Source: Octopus vulgaris (Eukaryota). Taken from it: a DNA stretch of 64,000 nucleotides. A program made the position numbers and the translations under genes. Of the stretch, positions 13,400 through 26,619 are shown piece by piece (the first letter of the stretch is position 1; each line of letters opens with the position of its first letter). The notes below the pieces were generated by a model that did no database searches, was not told where the DNA came from, and worked only from the letters and a program-made list of their open reading frames with translations. Location: the NCBI GenBank assembly GCA_951406725.2, contig OX597816.1:87296001-87360000 (forward strand), in the 5' to 3' direction.

Positions 13400-15437
13400 T
13401 AGGCCACCATCTTGAAATCAAGCACAAAAAGTGACAGTGTTATCACCGATAGAAAACAATATCGCAAAGGCATATCCCAAGGAGACAGCCTCTTTGTGAT
13501 GTTGTTTATACTCTCTGTAAGCCCCTTGTCGTTCATGTTAAGAAAGTCAGATAGATATCTCACTGGTTCACAAGGAAATAGATTCACCAAAATTACACAC
13601 TGTTTCTTTGTGGATGGCTTGAAATTTTATGCAAGGAATATGCATGAGATGAAAAAAGAACCTTGACCTAGTAACAACATTTTCAAAGTATGTAGGGTTG
13701 GAGTTTGGTTAGGACAAATGTTGAAAAGGAGGAAAACTATAAACAAGACTAGTAAATCTCCATCAGTTATTTTACTTTTTTTCTGTATCTGACGAGGAAT
13801 GTTACAGGTATTTAGGGGTGGATGAAAATATATATTACAATGGCACCTGTAACAAAGCACGCATCACTAAAGAATATTAAAGCCGAATTAAGAAAATTTG
13901 GACCTGAAAACTTTCTGCATTCAATAAAACAGTGGCCCACAATGTGTTTGCAGTGCCAGTACTCATGCCAACATTTTGGCTGCTTGATTGGACGCTTGAT
14001 GAGATCCGAGCCATTGTGTAAACCCGAAAAATACTAACAAGCACACATAATTTCCACATAAACAGTGATGTAGACTGCCTCTACCTAAAATGAAAACAAG
14101 CCTTTGAATGTCGCATCATATCCCTTCGGCAACATCTTTTGACCACCAAGTGTCGAAGTGCATCCTTCACCAAGTTTGCATATATGAGGTTGATAACATC
14201 ATAAGACTTGGAAGGCAGCTACTTGAGCAACACTCTGTCTGATAACATGCCCAAAGAAGTCGCACGACTCTGCCGCAACGTATCAGCAGATGAAAAGATG
14301 AGCCTTTATGAGCAGAAGACTATGCATGGATATGTTACTAGAATGCTCCGTGATGATAGTAACATTGATCATCAAAGCAGTTTTATCATGGACGAATAGC
14401 CAGATTACTACCTCCCACTTTGAAGTGTATGCGTTTGCAATCTATGAATAGGAAATATCGACCACATACCTGATGCAAAAAAGGGATAGAGATGCAAGAA
14501 AAGCCATAAAGTGTGACAACCGATGCAGACTTTGTGGAGTTCACACTGAAGATATCACTCACAACATAAGCAGTTGTCCGAAAATGTCATCACGGTATTA
14601 TCTGCCGATGAGACATGACGTTGTAGCTAGGAGACTCTATAATGAAATCCGTCGGAAGGATAATCCCGAGGATAAAGAAATAAGAACTTACAATATGGTA
14701 GAAGCCATAGCCACTCATAATAGAAAGGAATATTGGTGGAATGTACCAGTGAAGACCTCAATAAAATGTAAGCAAAACAGACCTGATATAATAATTTGGG
14801 ACAGAGAAGAGAAACTGTGCACAGTTGTGGAAATTAGCTGCCCAGCGGATGTTAACATAAAGCTGAAGATCAGTGAAAAAGAGAATACCTACGCTGAACT
14901 ATTGAGAAAGCTTCTGTTACTCTATCCAGATTACAAGTTCAGGTTTATGCCTGTAATTATCGGGGCCCTGGGATATGTAACACACTGCCTAAATATCAAT
15001 CTTGAGAAATTAGGCTTCTCAAAACCAGAGAGGTGAAAGCTAATCCGAAGACTAAATATCCAATCAATCACTGGAACTGTAAAAATTTGTAAAACTTTCC
15101 AAAAGTTTATCATATAAATATATATATGAGAGCATGTCTAGATATGTAACTATATGCATGAGAATAAATGCATAAAACATAAAAATTTGCACATCCATCC
15201 ATACATACATACATACATACATACATACATACATACATACATACATACATACATACATACATTCATACATACATACATACATACATACATACATACATAC
15301 ATACATACATACATACATGCATACAAACCTTGTTGTTGATGTTGAAATTCCAATGAATGAACTTTGGATCTAGGTTAGAAACCGGTTCTTTCTCTATTGG
15401 TAAAAAATCTCGAAATAAACTGAATAATGATATACAT
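13400..15437 (+). mobile_element. R4-clade REL retrotransposon family 2, 5'-truncated and degenerate, (CATA)n-associated
   Basis: GISQGDSL..LF...PLS, HCFFVDGLK, CRLCG..EDITHNISSC, RHD, RPD..VEISCP; multiple stops and frameshifts; (CATA)n at the 5' junction and at 15196-15325; terminal block 15326-15437 also found at 20062-20175. Confidence 0.8.
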
Positions 15438-15677
15438 CTAATATTGTAGAGATCAGAAGCCAAGCAAATGTAGATATTTCGTGTAAAGAAATAAAAAAAA
15501 AAGAGAACATCTGTGGTGAACTAATAGCCAATTAATAAATTTTTATTAATATTTTTCATGAGAAATACACTGCAAAATTCAAAAGCGATGTTCGTAAAAA
15601 CCAGAAAATGCTGAGGTTTTCAAGAAAAAGACAAATCTAATGAAAATGCATGCTCCAAATACAATCCACAATTAGTG

Positions 15678-15945
15678 AGGGCGCATGGCCTAGTGTTTAA
15701 GGTGTTGCAGTTGCGATCGTGTGATCGAGGTTTCACTTCCTACACCGGGTGGTGCCTTGCGTTCTTGAGCAAAACATTTCATCTCACGTTGCTCTGCGAT
15801 CACTTCGACACCTGACGTGTTGTACACCGTGCACCTGTTCAGGCAACATCGATTTGATGGAGAGAGTGAGTTAACGTACAGCACATACACTTGGTCACTA
15901 TAAACAAATCATTTGTGCAGGTCTATCAGCAAAAGCTGAACACTC
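15678..15945 (+). mobile_element. CORE-type tRNA SINE
   Basis: A box TGGCCTAGTG, B-box-like GGTTTCACTTCC and CORE-like TTCTTGAGCAAAACATTTCAT. Confidence 0.7.
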
Positions 15946-16494
15946 ATATGGGATATTCCATCACTGGATATTCCATCACTGGTACGAGGAAAATTTGTAA
16001 AATTATTTCGAAGAATAACATTTGAGCGCAACTTCATATGACATATATACATGCATAAAAAGAAACCACGCATATTCTATTACTAGCGTGACACATTATA
16101 TCCCCATTATATGAGCGTAGACAAACACACCTGACATTCATGTACACGTTGTATATTCCCAAATTTCGAGTAACCAGATTAAATTCTGAGAACAAGAACA
16201 TAAATTTCTTATGAAAATGTGCGTAGATATATATCTTGAAAGAAGATTAAGTTTTCGGGTGGAGCGGTAGGAAAGAGGAGAAAATGACGCAATAAGTGAA
16301 ACGAAAGGAGAAGTGACATTAAAACGCAGTTTATGTTTCTGGGTGACGGCGAAATTTGATACAAACTCGTGGCGGTAAACATGCATAATGTACGTGTGCG
16401 TATGTATGATGTATACACGCATATATGTTTGTATGTATGTATATTCATGCAGGTATGTAAATATATATATCCATGCATGTATATATAAAAACGA

Positions 16495-16792
16495 TAAACG
16501 TCGCCCTTTTCAAGCCTAGCCAGGCTCATGGGCTCGGTTTCACGGTTTCTATGGCGTATGTATTCCCCCAAACTGGACGGGACGCCAGTCCATCGCAACG
16601 TTACTCAAGAAATAAGAAGAGAGACGGTGAGAGAAAGTTGTGGCAAAAGAGTACAACAGAGGTCACCACCACCACCTACCGGAGCCTCGTGGAGCTTTTA
16701 GGTGTTTTCGCTCAATAAACACACACAACGCCCGGTCCGGGAATCGAAACCGCGAGTCCGCTGCCCTAACAACTGGGCCATTGCGCCTCCGC
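16495..16792 (-). mobile_element. tRNA SINE with V-domain-like body
   Basis: Same head as 8128-8430, followed by GCGATGGACTGGCGTCCCGTCCAG. Confidence 0.7.
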
Positions 16793-16989
16793 ATGTATGT
16801 ATGCATGTTTCTAAAATTTAGGAGAAGTAGTTATTACTGCTCTAGATCATGGTAATTTTAGTATATCATTACTGTAATCTAATATTCTGACCGGCCAACT
16901 TTTGTTATTCCAGATTGAAGAAAACGACTGTAACAGCACTTTGAACACACCCTACTAATTACTGCTTGTCACGGCTGCAGAGTGCTGAC

Positions 16990-17480
16990 AAGGCGTGAAG
17001 ACAATTTGGAACACAGCTATGCAATAAAGCCTTGTGTTAAACTGAGCAAAAACACTATGGAAACTTATGAAATGCTCCAGGTTGCTTATGGATTAATTTG
17101 TCTGAGCCGAGCATCTAGTTTTTGCTGACACATAAGACCAGGCACGGTAAGTCCACCAGGAAGCTTATGATGATCTACTTTTTAAAACAGCAAAGGGCAT
17201 CATTTACATTCACTGAGTTCCCTATGGCCAGAAGGTCAACAAAGAGTACTTTGTAGAGGTTTTGAGGGAGTTAGGAAGAGACTTCGTCGCAAAAGGTCAA
17301 AGCTCTTCCGCTCGAGTCAGTGGCACTTGCAACAGGACAATGCATCAGTCCACAATTCCGTCCTGATGGCCAATAATTTGAGAAAGATAATAGTTGTCAA
17401 AACCGTCCCCTCACCCACCCTTCAGTTCAGACCTTGTTCCCTGTAACTTCTAGTTGCTCGCCAAGTTGAAAGAGAATATG
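16990..17480 (+). pseudogene. Mariner transposase remnant (internally deleted)
   Basis: YAIK.CVKL.K...ETYEML..AYG, GQKVNKEYF, QDNA..H and HPPFSSDLVPCNF (YSPDLAP motif). Confidence 0.8.
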
Positions 17481-18267
17481 AAGGACCTTGTGACAGGGAC
17501 CGGAACACCGTCGCTTTGGAGGACTACTATGGGGCTCTTCGTGATAAATGATAAAGAAATAAATAAATTTATTAATCCAATTTACATCGTATATCTTTTA
17601 TCGATTATGAAAATTTCTTTTTCAGAAATTGCATAAAAAATCGGATTAAGCCCTTTGGCAGCTTTGCTGATTTGGGCAAGTTGGTAGGAGGTCAAAAAAT
17701 AAAAAATAAATTGGTCGATAATTATATATATATAAATAGTTATCGCCATACTTATATGGCAGTCTTATAAATATAAGACTAAAGCTGTCGCTGATTAGCT
17801 CCAAGAGGCCACCGCCTCAAGCTAGCTCTTTGACACACAATCTGCGTCCATTATAAACCTTCGAACAGGGGAGGTCAGCCGCTTCATCCTGGCAGTCAGA
17901 CAGCTACAGACATGTTTCAGGGTATTTGCCCTTTATTAATGCAGCGTAGCCAGACCCAGCAGGTGTCGCTACTGACTGTCCCTGTTCGAAGAATCTATTT
18001 ACATAGTTTCAGTGGAACACATCCACTTGTTTTCAATAATAGAAATATTAAAATTACTAAGTCTCTCTAAAGGAGATTACGGCAGCGTTACTGGAAATTA
18101 ATAGTTATCGCCATACTTATACGGCTGTCTTATAAATATAAGACTAAAGCTGTCGCTGATTAGCTCCAAGAGTCCACCGCCTCAAGCTAGCTATTTGACA
18201 CACAATCTGCATCCATTATAAACCTTCGAACAGGGGAGGTCAGCCGTTTCATCCTGTCAGTCAGACA

Positions 18268-18310
18268 GCTGCAGACATGTTTCAGGGTATTTGCCCTTTA
18301 TCAATGCAGC
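18268..18310 (-). ncRNA. Minimal hammerhead ribozyme, U3:A8 variant
   Basis: GCTGCA-TTGATAA-AGGG-caaata-CCCT-GAAACATGTC-TGCAGC: 6-bp stem I, 4-bp stem II, palindromic stem III. Confidence 0.65.
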
Positions 18311-18367
18311 GTAGCCAGACCCAGCAGGTGTCGCTACTGACTGACCCTGTTCGAAGAATCTATTTAC

Positions 18368-18410
18368 GCAGCATTGATAAAGGGCAAATACCCTGAAACA
18401 TGTCTGCAGC
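18368..18410 (+). ncRNA. Minimal hammerhead ribozyme, U3:A8 variant (inverted copy)
   Basis: GCAGCA-TTGATAA-AGGGCAAATACCCT-GAAACATGTC-TGCAGC. Confidence 0.55.
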
Positions 18411-19207
18411 TGTCTGACTGGCAGGATGAACCGGCTGACCTCCCCTGTTCGAAGGTTTATAATGGACGCGGATTGTTTGTCAAATAGCTAGCTTGAGGCG
18501 GTGACCTCTTGGAGCTAATCAGCGACAGCTTTAGTCTTATATTTATAAGACTGCCTTATAAGTATGGCGATAACTATTAATTTCCAGTAACGCTGCCGTA
18601 ATCTCGTTTAGAGAGACTTAGTAATTTTAATATTTCTATTATATATATATATATAAACATCCTTTGCATGCAAGCAAGGCGGCCAAAAAGGTATATAAAA
18701 AGTAAAACTCTCTAAGTCTAGAAAGATAAAATATTACAACCGTTATAAATACTGTAGGTCTATAAAATAAAGCTTATAAATGGGTTTGGTTCAGCAGGTG
18801 GGTTTTTAATGATTATTTTGAAATTTGACAGCGAAAAAAAATTTTTTTTTTAGCTTTCGTGGTAAAATATTATTCCATGTTAATACTGTTATAAATAAGG
18901 CCGGTTCTTTTTTCTTTTTCTTTTTCTTTTTTTTCTTTTTTTTTTTGACAAATTGATATTTGACAAAAGGGCGTTTCAAAGTTCCAAGTCAATGATACCT
19001 CTTAGCTGGAGTTCAACAATAAGTGCGTTGAAATAAGAGAATCCTACTTTGAAGGAGATCAGGGTTTTGTACATTTTGAAATTAATGTCTCCAGAAATGT
19101 CTCAAAGCTTCTGGAATGAATCTTGTATGTACATATGTCCATGTTTGTGCATATGTATTGTGCGTGTATGTGTGTGTATGTATGTGTATGTGTACATGTA
19201 TAGAAGT

Positions 19208-19279
<72 letters not shown>

Positions 19280-19769
19280 TGTGTTACCTTTAGTCTTGTA
19301 CTGATTTTAACCAGAGGATGAGACGGTGCAAGAGAGACACCTTTTAGCATGATTGGATTTCTTTTCTGTACTATTTCTACTAATGTAGCGAGTTGGACGG
19401 AGCTGCACTTCTTTATTCTTCCTGCTACGATTTGGGTTCATCTGGTATCTCATAATAACTTGGTCACATCTACACCTCACAAATTTACGAGTCTGTCTGG
19501 CAGAATGTAGAATTGTTGTGGGCTCTTGAAACCCAAACTGTTATAGAACTGTTTCCTTAGTCTAGATGGAGAAAAGGGATCTTTAGTACTATGCAGTACC
19601 GTCCAGTTCGGTGGTTGGTATAGCTTTCAGGTCCAAAGTCGGGAGCTTGACCATCTGGGATCTTCCATACGTATGTCACTGCATGTCTATATAATCGTAT
19701 TTTTACACCAATATCTACACATAGAGGCTTATATACATTCATACACACGCGCACACACACACACACACA

Positions 19770-19802
<33 letters not shown>

Positions 19803-20061
19803 TTATACATGCATACATGTATACATACATACATACATACATACAAACATACATACATACATGCATGCATACATACATACATACATATATACATACATGC
19901 ATACATATATTTATACATGCATACATGCATACATGCATACATACATACATACATACATACATACATACATACATACATACATACATACATACATACATAC
20001 ATACAAACATACATACAAACATACATATATACATTCATACATACAGACATACATATATACA

Positions 20062-20175
20062 AAAATACCATGTTGTTGTTCAAATTCCAATGAAGGAGCC
20101 TTGGATCTAGGTTAGAAACCGGCATTTTCTCTATTGGCAAGAAATCTTGAAATAAAAATAAATAATATATACATA
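20062..20175 (+). mobile_element. Solo 3'-terminal block of the (CATA)n-associated R4-like family
   Basis: Matches 15326-15437 (AAATTCCAATGAA...TTGGATCTAGGTTAGAAACCGG...TCTCTATTGG); also preceded by (CATA)n. Confidence 0.6.
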
Positions 20176-20199
20176 TATACACACTCAAGTACACACACA

Positions 20200-20311
<112 letters not shown>

Positions 20312-20838
20312 ACTTGATGAGAAACAGAGTGAGACAGTTATAGAATAAGAGATAAGGGTGGGCGTAAGAGTGAAATAATGTATGTATGCGTGTTTCTGTA
20401 TGACTATGAAAGAAAACTGTGTCAGACCCCCCAAAAAATGAAAAGAAACAAGTGAAAGGTAGAGACACTATTGTCGAAATAAGTCAATGTGAACACCAAC
20501 AATAAAATCATAAGCTCATGTGTGTGTGTGTGTGTGTGTGTGTTCTTACATATACATTTATTTTATGTATGCATGTATGCATGTATGTATGTATGTATGT
20601 ATGTATGTATGTATGTATGTATGTATGTATGTATGTATGTATGTATGTATGTATGTATGTGTGTGTGTATGTAAAATGGCTAGCTCAGTAACTGTAGAAA
20701 ACAAATAGAGCAAATAACAGAGAAGAAAGGAGCAGAAAATTAGAAAGTGTTTCGAACAGGTAAAGCACAGGCAACTTGCAGATAAAAACTGACAGACAGC
20801 AATGGTGTCCCAACGTATGTAGGACATAAACATGTGTA

Positions 20839-20903
<65 letters not shown>

Positions 20904-21005
20904 GTATGCGTGTGTGTATGTATGAGTCTGTGTACATGATGTGGGCAGTCTGTGTACAGTCTGTGTACATGATGTAGACCTACCCTACATATAGACAGAT
21001 ACATA

Positions 21006-21060
<55 letters not shown>

Positions 21061-21449
21061 GTGTGTGTGTGTGTACATACATGCCATCCGAGAAAGAAAC
21101 AGACTTTCCTAGGTTAAATATAGAAAATCCCCTTCTTGTTGAATACATACATAACCATTAACACAAGCACTGTTAGTGGAACGTTCTCATAAAAGCTATC
21201 AACTTCAAGCATAGCAAACGAGTTATCGTTGTTTGGCTCAGAGAAGGCAAAATAACTAGTCAGAGAACCACTGTCGTCGCTGTTGTGAATATCTTTTCGA
21301 AAATCAAAGCGAAGGAGGATAACAGCTTTGAAACCTTCAGTTTTTATATCCAGATTGTAAATTCACATTTATACAAATAACAATTCGTGCTCTTTGTTTT
21401 GTGAGAAAATTACTAAGTAAAACTGGATAAGCTAGAGTTTTCAGTAAAA

Positions 21450-24100
21450 GAAATCAACTAGCTAACATGCACACAACAAATTACAATTTGTATATCTGTT
21501 AACGGAGTAATAAAAATGTGCAAGACATTTCTCAAGTCCAAAATGTGATTTCATTTTGATAGAAATCTAAAACTCTAACCTGGATAGAATAGCAACAGAT
21601 TTTTCGTCAGTTCGACATAAATATTTTCTTTCCATTGATCTTTAGCATTATCTTGACTTTTGGTGGACAAGTGATTTCAACGATTGCGTTGTGTTTAATT
21701 CCTTTTCTTTGTACCACATCATTATGTCTACCAGTATTCTTTCTTATTACAGGTGCTTCTGTACTCACACTGCAGCAGTTTCTTATATTTGTATCCTCCG
21801 GATTAACTTCATTACAAATTTCGTGACAGCATCACATGGGAACGTAATGTCGTTATGGTATATGTGGGCAGTTACTTGCGATATGGATGACATCAGTGTT
21901 AATCCCTTAGACGCTGCAGCAGTTTTCGGATCTACGTGGATTACCTGCATTTCAGTACCTTTTATTCTTTGAGTGTTTTGTGCTTACTTTCTGCTTCTTA
22001 ATTGCAAAAGTATATCCTTCAGAGTTAGAGCAAATATATAAGCCGTTAGTTGAAACCAAACTACCGTAAATCCTCGAGTATAATCCGCATTTTTTTCCCC
22101 AAAATTTAATGGTCAAAATCCCTAGTGCATATTATACACCAGGTTAAAGATGAAAATTATTTTCTAAGCAATGTTCTAGCATCTATTTTCTGTCCGGCAA
22201 TATTTATTCAGATGCATTTTGTGAGGTCGGGCACGAAAATACCTTAAGCTAAGCCTGAAAGCAATGAAGTCATAAAAGAATCATCCATAACTTGCAATAA
22301 ACAACATTTATCAAACGTTATTACAGTTATTACTGTTATTTCTTTATTTTCTGCAAACAAAATGCACAAAAAAGCTACACGTTTGTATTATGTTATATAT
22401 ACAATAGTAATAAAGGACGTCACCGTATACATTTTTACAAACCAAGGACGTTACATAGACCTCCTTGACTCAAGTTAGAGAAGGGGTGGGCATTATACAC
22501 AAGGTTTAGTTTTTCAGAGGTACAGCCCCCTAAAATTTCCCTGCGTATTATACTCAAGGGCGGGCTATACTCGAGGATTTACTGTTATAGGTTGTTAGTG
22601 TTACTGTCATTTGAAGTCCTCTGGAAATATAATCATGCATGGCCATTTACTGATACAACTTTTCAGATACAACTTTTCTGAGTTGTGCAACTTTCTTGCG
22701 TGTATACTCTATATCATCAGTCAAGAAATACAAGAAATTCCTTTGCAGCGCCTATGATTTTATCGGCTTCATGTAAACAGACTTGATACATAGCTAGACA
22801 TTGATGGTGATTAGTAAACGTTGTCGGCAAGATATATTGCGACATTCAAAGGCTGTTTGAATCAATGTTAAACTTCGCTTCCTTTATTCATTCATCTATC
22901 TAGCTATCTAGCTGTGCATTTATCTATGTTTGCTTATTTACTTATTTTCATTTTAAATGAGAGTGGTCTATAGCAATCTTGATGTGGATATTCCTGGTAT
23001 GGGTTAAGAATGATCAAATTTTTAACATCCGCAGCCTGGATCTTATCTAGTGCTGAATCGAGTTGTCTAAATATGGGTATGAGTACTACTTAAGTAAAAC
23101 CATAGAGAGTTAGTGATTTCTTGTGTGCAGACAATATTTTCTTAACCTGATATTATATTCCCCGGCTACATGTTCCTTATTATAGGTTTCATCACAGGGA
23201 ATATTTTGAGCTATCCCTAGACATCTGTAACATTCAATACGGGAGAAATAATGAGGCCTTTGATAGAAATGTTGCTACATGGGCTTGTAGTTCACTCTCA
23301 CTTCACAACCATGTAATAACATTTATCCCTGCCAAACTCCATTCCAATATCTTCTAACAATGTGGAAACTATGATAAAGTTTTTTTGTGATTCTATTGGT
23401 AATCTTGACGTATATTTTTAAATCCTTCACAAAGAAGCAACATGTTAAGTTGATGTTAATATCTCCCTGTGAACCAATCTCAAAGCCTTCCGATTTCTTT
23501 AAACAAAAATAAAACGATAAGGGATTTACATCAAGTACAAACAGCAAAGGCTCCCTAACATCAAATGGTGAGAAATAGAATCGAATTCTTCCTTATAAGC
23601 CAGGCTATCTGTAAATAAACTTCTGTACTGTCGCACTTTCGACATCGCAGTTTTATTGATTAGTTGATGCTCAATAAATCTTTGAACTTCCTTCTTTCGG
23701 CAGTTTGTTTGACTGAGATGAGTTTGTATCACTACAGTGAACCTAGGAGAAATAGATTCAGACAGGTTTTATTCATTTATGTATTAAATTCCGGCATGCA
23801 ATTAGCCGCAATTTCTTCGTCGCATGAGTGACTATGCTTTTTGCTATCAAGCCGGTATTTTGTCGATGCCAACTAGCTTGCAATATCTATATCTCCAATC
23901 ACAGTTTACTACTAAAAGTCAATCATACCTCTTCCTAATGCTCCCTATTCCGAAAATTTTCAATAATAATCTCACGGATATACCCATTAAAACTGTGTGT
24001 TTTTGTGTGTGTAGTACAGGGACAATATTTCTGTTAGACTTCATCTACTCCACTACTTCTTAGCGAGATTCCCTTTCTCCTTACTTCACATTTTACTACA
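21450..24100 (-). mobile_element. Highly degenerate R4-like family-2 copy, interrupted by a MITE
   Basis: Minus-strand pieces HQLINK, AYKEEFDSISH, LFVLDVNPLS..CCFFVKDLKIY, IVEITCP and ENIYVEL..NLLLFYP are colinear with 13400-15100. Confidence 0.65.
22062..22587. mobile_element. Tc1/pogo-type MITE
   Basis: TIR TACCGTAAATCCTCGAGTATA / TATACTCGAGGATTTACTGTTA, with internal CATTATACAC-like repeats. Confidence 0.8.
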
Positions 24101-24377
24101 TAATAAATCTGTATCTTCCTGCGATCCAGCTTTACAGAATATATTACTTAGAACTAAGGCTGGAGGTGCTTTCTAACATACATGGAATTAATTATTTCAT
24201 ATAGCCAGCAATGTGCTGTTGCATGTTTTCACACACATACAGACACACACACACATATATAAAGACTAGATTTTCATCCATATAAAATAGACTTCACCTT
24301 ATACACCGAAGTAATTAGAGATGAGTGAACCACTAAGTAAATGTACAATATTATAAGCCGAATTTCAGAGTTGTCAA

Positions 24378-24778
24378 GGCGGCGTGCTGGCAGAATCGAT
24401 AGCACACCGAGCGAAATGCTTAGCGGTATTTCGTCTACCGTTACGCTCTGAGTTCAAATTCCACCGAGGTCGACTTTGTCTTTCATCCTTTCGGGGTCGA
24501 TTAAATAAGTACCAGTTACGCACTGGGGCCGATATAATCGACTTAATCCGTTTGTCTGTCCTTGCTTGTCCTCTCTGTGTTTAGCCGCTAGTGGGTAGTA
24601 AAAAAATAAGTATTTTGTCTACCGATAAATTTCTACGTTCTGATTCCGCCAAGGTCGACTTTGCCTTTCATCCTTTCGGGGTCGATAAATTAAGTACCAA
24701 TGAAACACTGGGGTCGATGTCATCGATTAATCCCCTCCCCACAAATTTCAGGCTTTGCGTCTTTAGTAGAAAGGATTT
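24378..24778 (+). mobile_element. Composite SINE: short-type head + long-type body/Tx1-like tail + short-type body
   Basis: Two central domains; junction aaaata-agtatttt at about 24609. Confidence 0.75.
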
Positions 24779-24974
24779 TCAGATTTGTCTCCCATAGTTA
24801 CCGAAATAAAAAAATAATTAAAATAATTCTAGTAAATGATTTATAATGACATTTTCTTCAACTATTATTTCTAATTAGTCTCATTATTACTATTTACAAT
24901 TACTTCTTTAATGCTTTCCAGTGTGGTGTGCGCATGTGTGTTTGTGTGTGCGTGCGCGTAAAGGACCAGAATAT

Positions 24975-25420
24975 AATTCAAGATGCAACATTTATTGACT
25001 CTCTACAAAACTCAGGGTAAGCCCGCGACGGCGTATTGCCCACACATCTGGAACGGTGCTGTTGTTACTCAGTATAAATTGCCCACCGATATACATTGTG
25101 ACTGAAATAAAACCACTCGAAGACATACCCAGACCTATAAACTACGGGTATATACTACGTCCTCTCTAGCCTTGTCAGCCACTACCCTAACAGCATCTGC
25201 TCCTCAAAGGTAGCAGGGCTCATACCACCTTTACTCGGGCATGCTCGCCCCACTTGCCTTTTCTCCTTTCATCATCCTTGCTGTGTCTAACCACACAAGC
25301 GCCACACTTATCACCCAGAGCTTCAATCCAACTAGAATTCTTACCTCCTGCGCCTGTATTTACACTGATATTGATTTACAAAGGTTCAAATCACCGGTCT
25401 AGTAATATCTATAAATATCA
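24975..25420 (+). mobile_element. Degenerate L2/Crack-like LINE 3' fragment
   Basis: HLLTLYKTQ followed by YCPHIW.G-like and downstream LP...VF-like remnants. Confidence 0.45.
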
Positions 25421-25436
25421 TAGAGTCAGATACAAC

Positions 25437-25652
25437 GATTTCAAATTTTGGTACTGGGCCAACTGTTTTTGAGGATGGTGGGATATCGATTACATCGACC
25501 CCAGTTCTTAACTGGTAATTATTTTCTCGACCCCGAAAGGAGGAAAGGAAAAGTCGACCTAGATGGAACTTGATCTCAAAACATAAACCATGAACGAAAT
25601 GCCGGTAAACATTTTCTCCGGCCTGCTAACGATTCTGCTACCTCGCCGCCTA
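25437..25652 (-). mobile_element. Short-type Meta-domain SINE
   Basis: Reverse complement of the family consensus, with a CCAAAATTTGAAA-type tail. Confidence 0.7.
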
Positions 25653-25977
25653 AGTCACCACACATAATTAAAAAATTGTATGCATGCATGTATGAATGGA
25701 TGAATGTAATTGTTTCATTTGTATGTAAAAGTTCAGGTGAACTGTTTTAGTCATTGGACTGCGACCATGCTGGAGCTCCGCCTTAAAAAGTTTAGACGTG
25801 CTCCAGAACTTTTTTTTCTTTAAGACAAGTATTTATTCTGCCAGGTTCCTTTGCCGAACCGCTAATGTTATGCGGACGTAAACAAACCAACACCAGATGT
25901 CTAGTCATACCTCTGACTAAATTAATAATTCCATCAACTCTGTCATCACTACCACCACCATCGTCGTCGTCACCATC

Positions 25978-26203
25978 GGCGGCGGCGGCTGTGGCGGCGG
26001 CGGCGGCTGTGGCGGCGGCGGCGGCTGTGGCGGCGGCGGCGGCTGTGGCGGCGGCGGCGGCTGTGGCGGCGGCGGCGGCTGTGGCGGCGGCGGCGGCTGT
26101 GGCGGCGGCGGCGGCTGTGGCGGCGGCGGCGGCTGTGGCGGCGGCGGCGGCGGCAGATGTGGCAGCGGCGGCGGCTGTGGTAGCGGCGGCGGCTGTGGTG
26201 ACG
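25978..26203. repeat. GC-rich 18-bp minisatellite (GCGGCGGCGGCGGCTGTG)n
   Basis: About 9-10 near-perfect units, then degenerate units. Confidence 0.9.
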
Positions 26204-26619
26204 GCGTCGTTGTTGCTCTTCCCATGGTCTTTCAGCTCCTTCTACTATTAGCCACGCCTCCGTTCTAACTTTGTTCATGCGGACGATCATTTGTTTAGAT
26301 AATTTATGTCTATTACCATAAAATGGTATTTCTTTTTATTATGATTTATATCTTTAACAAAAGAACTTTTCGCATTTACTTCTTGTTGATGTTTGTTGTT
26401 GTCATAACAGCATTCAGACTTATTGTTTATATGTATGTGTACGTTTCTTTGTGCGTGAATTCGCGTACTTCTGTTGATTTCTATACGTTTTATGTAAATG
26501 TTGTTTACGTCTGAGAATGTGAGATACCTTTCTGTGTGTGAGTGTGTGTGTGTGGTGGTTTCGTCAGGTTCCATCAGGTGATTAATATTAATGAGTTTTA
26601 ATTTTTTCCTGCATAATAT

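Larger units (their letters stand above)
17735..18641. mobile_element. Penelope-type pseudo-LTR array: partial tandem plus inverted copy
   Basis: Unit 17735-18099 is repeated at 18100-18367; 18368-18641 is the reverse complement of about 18036-18310; (TA)n flanks; each unit has a hammerhead-like motif. Confidence 0.75.

Noticed and set aside
17735-18641. CRISPR-like or LTR-retrotransposon interpretation of the repeats
   Set aside because: There is no repeat-spacer periodicity, TG..CA ends or PBS; the architecture fits a Penelope pLTR.
25865-26290. Poly-Ala, Pro-Gln and Arg-His-Ser ORFs
   Set aside because: They are open only because of the GC repeat; the plus-strand ORF starts inside a SINE remnant, and no domain or splice support was seen.
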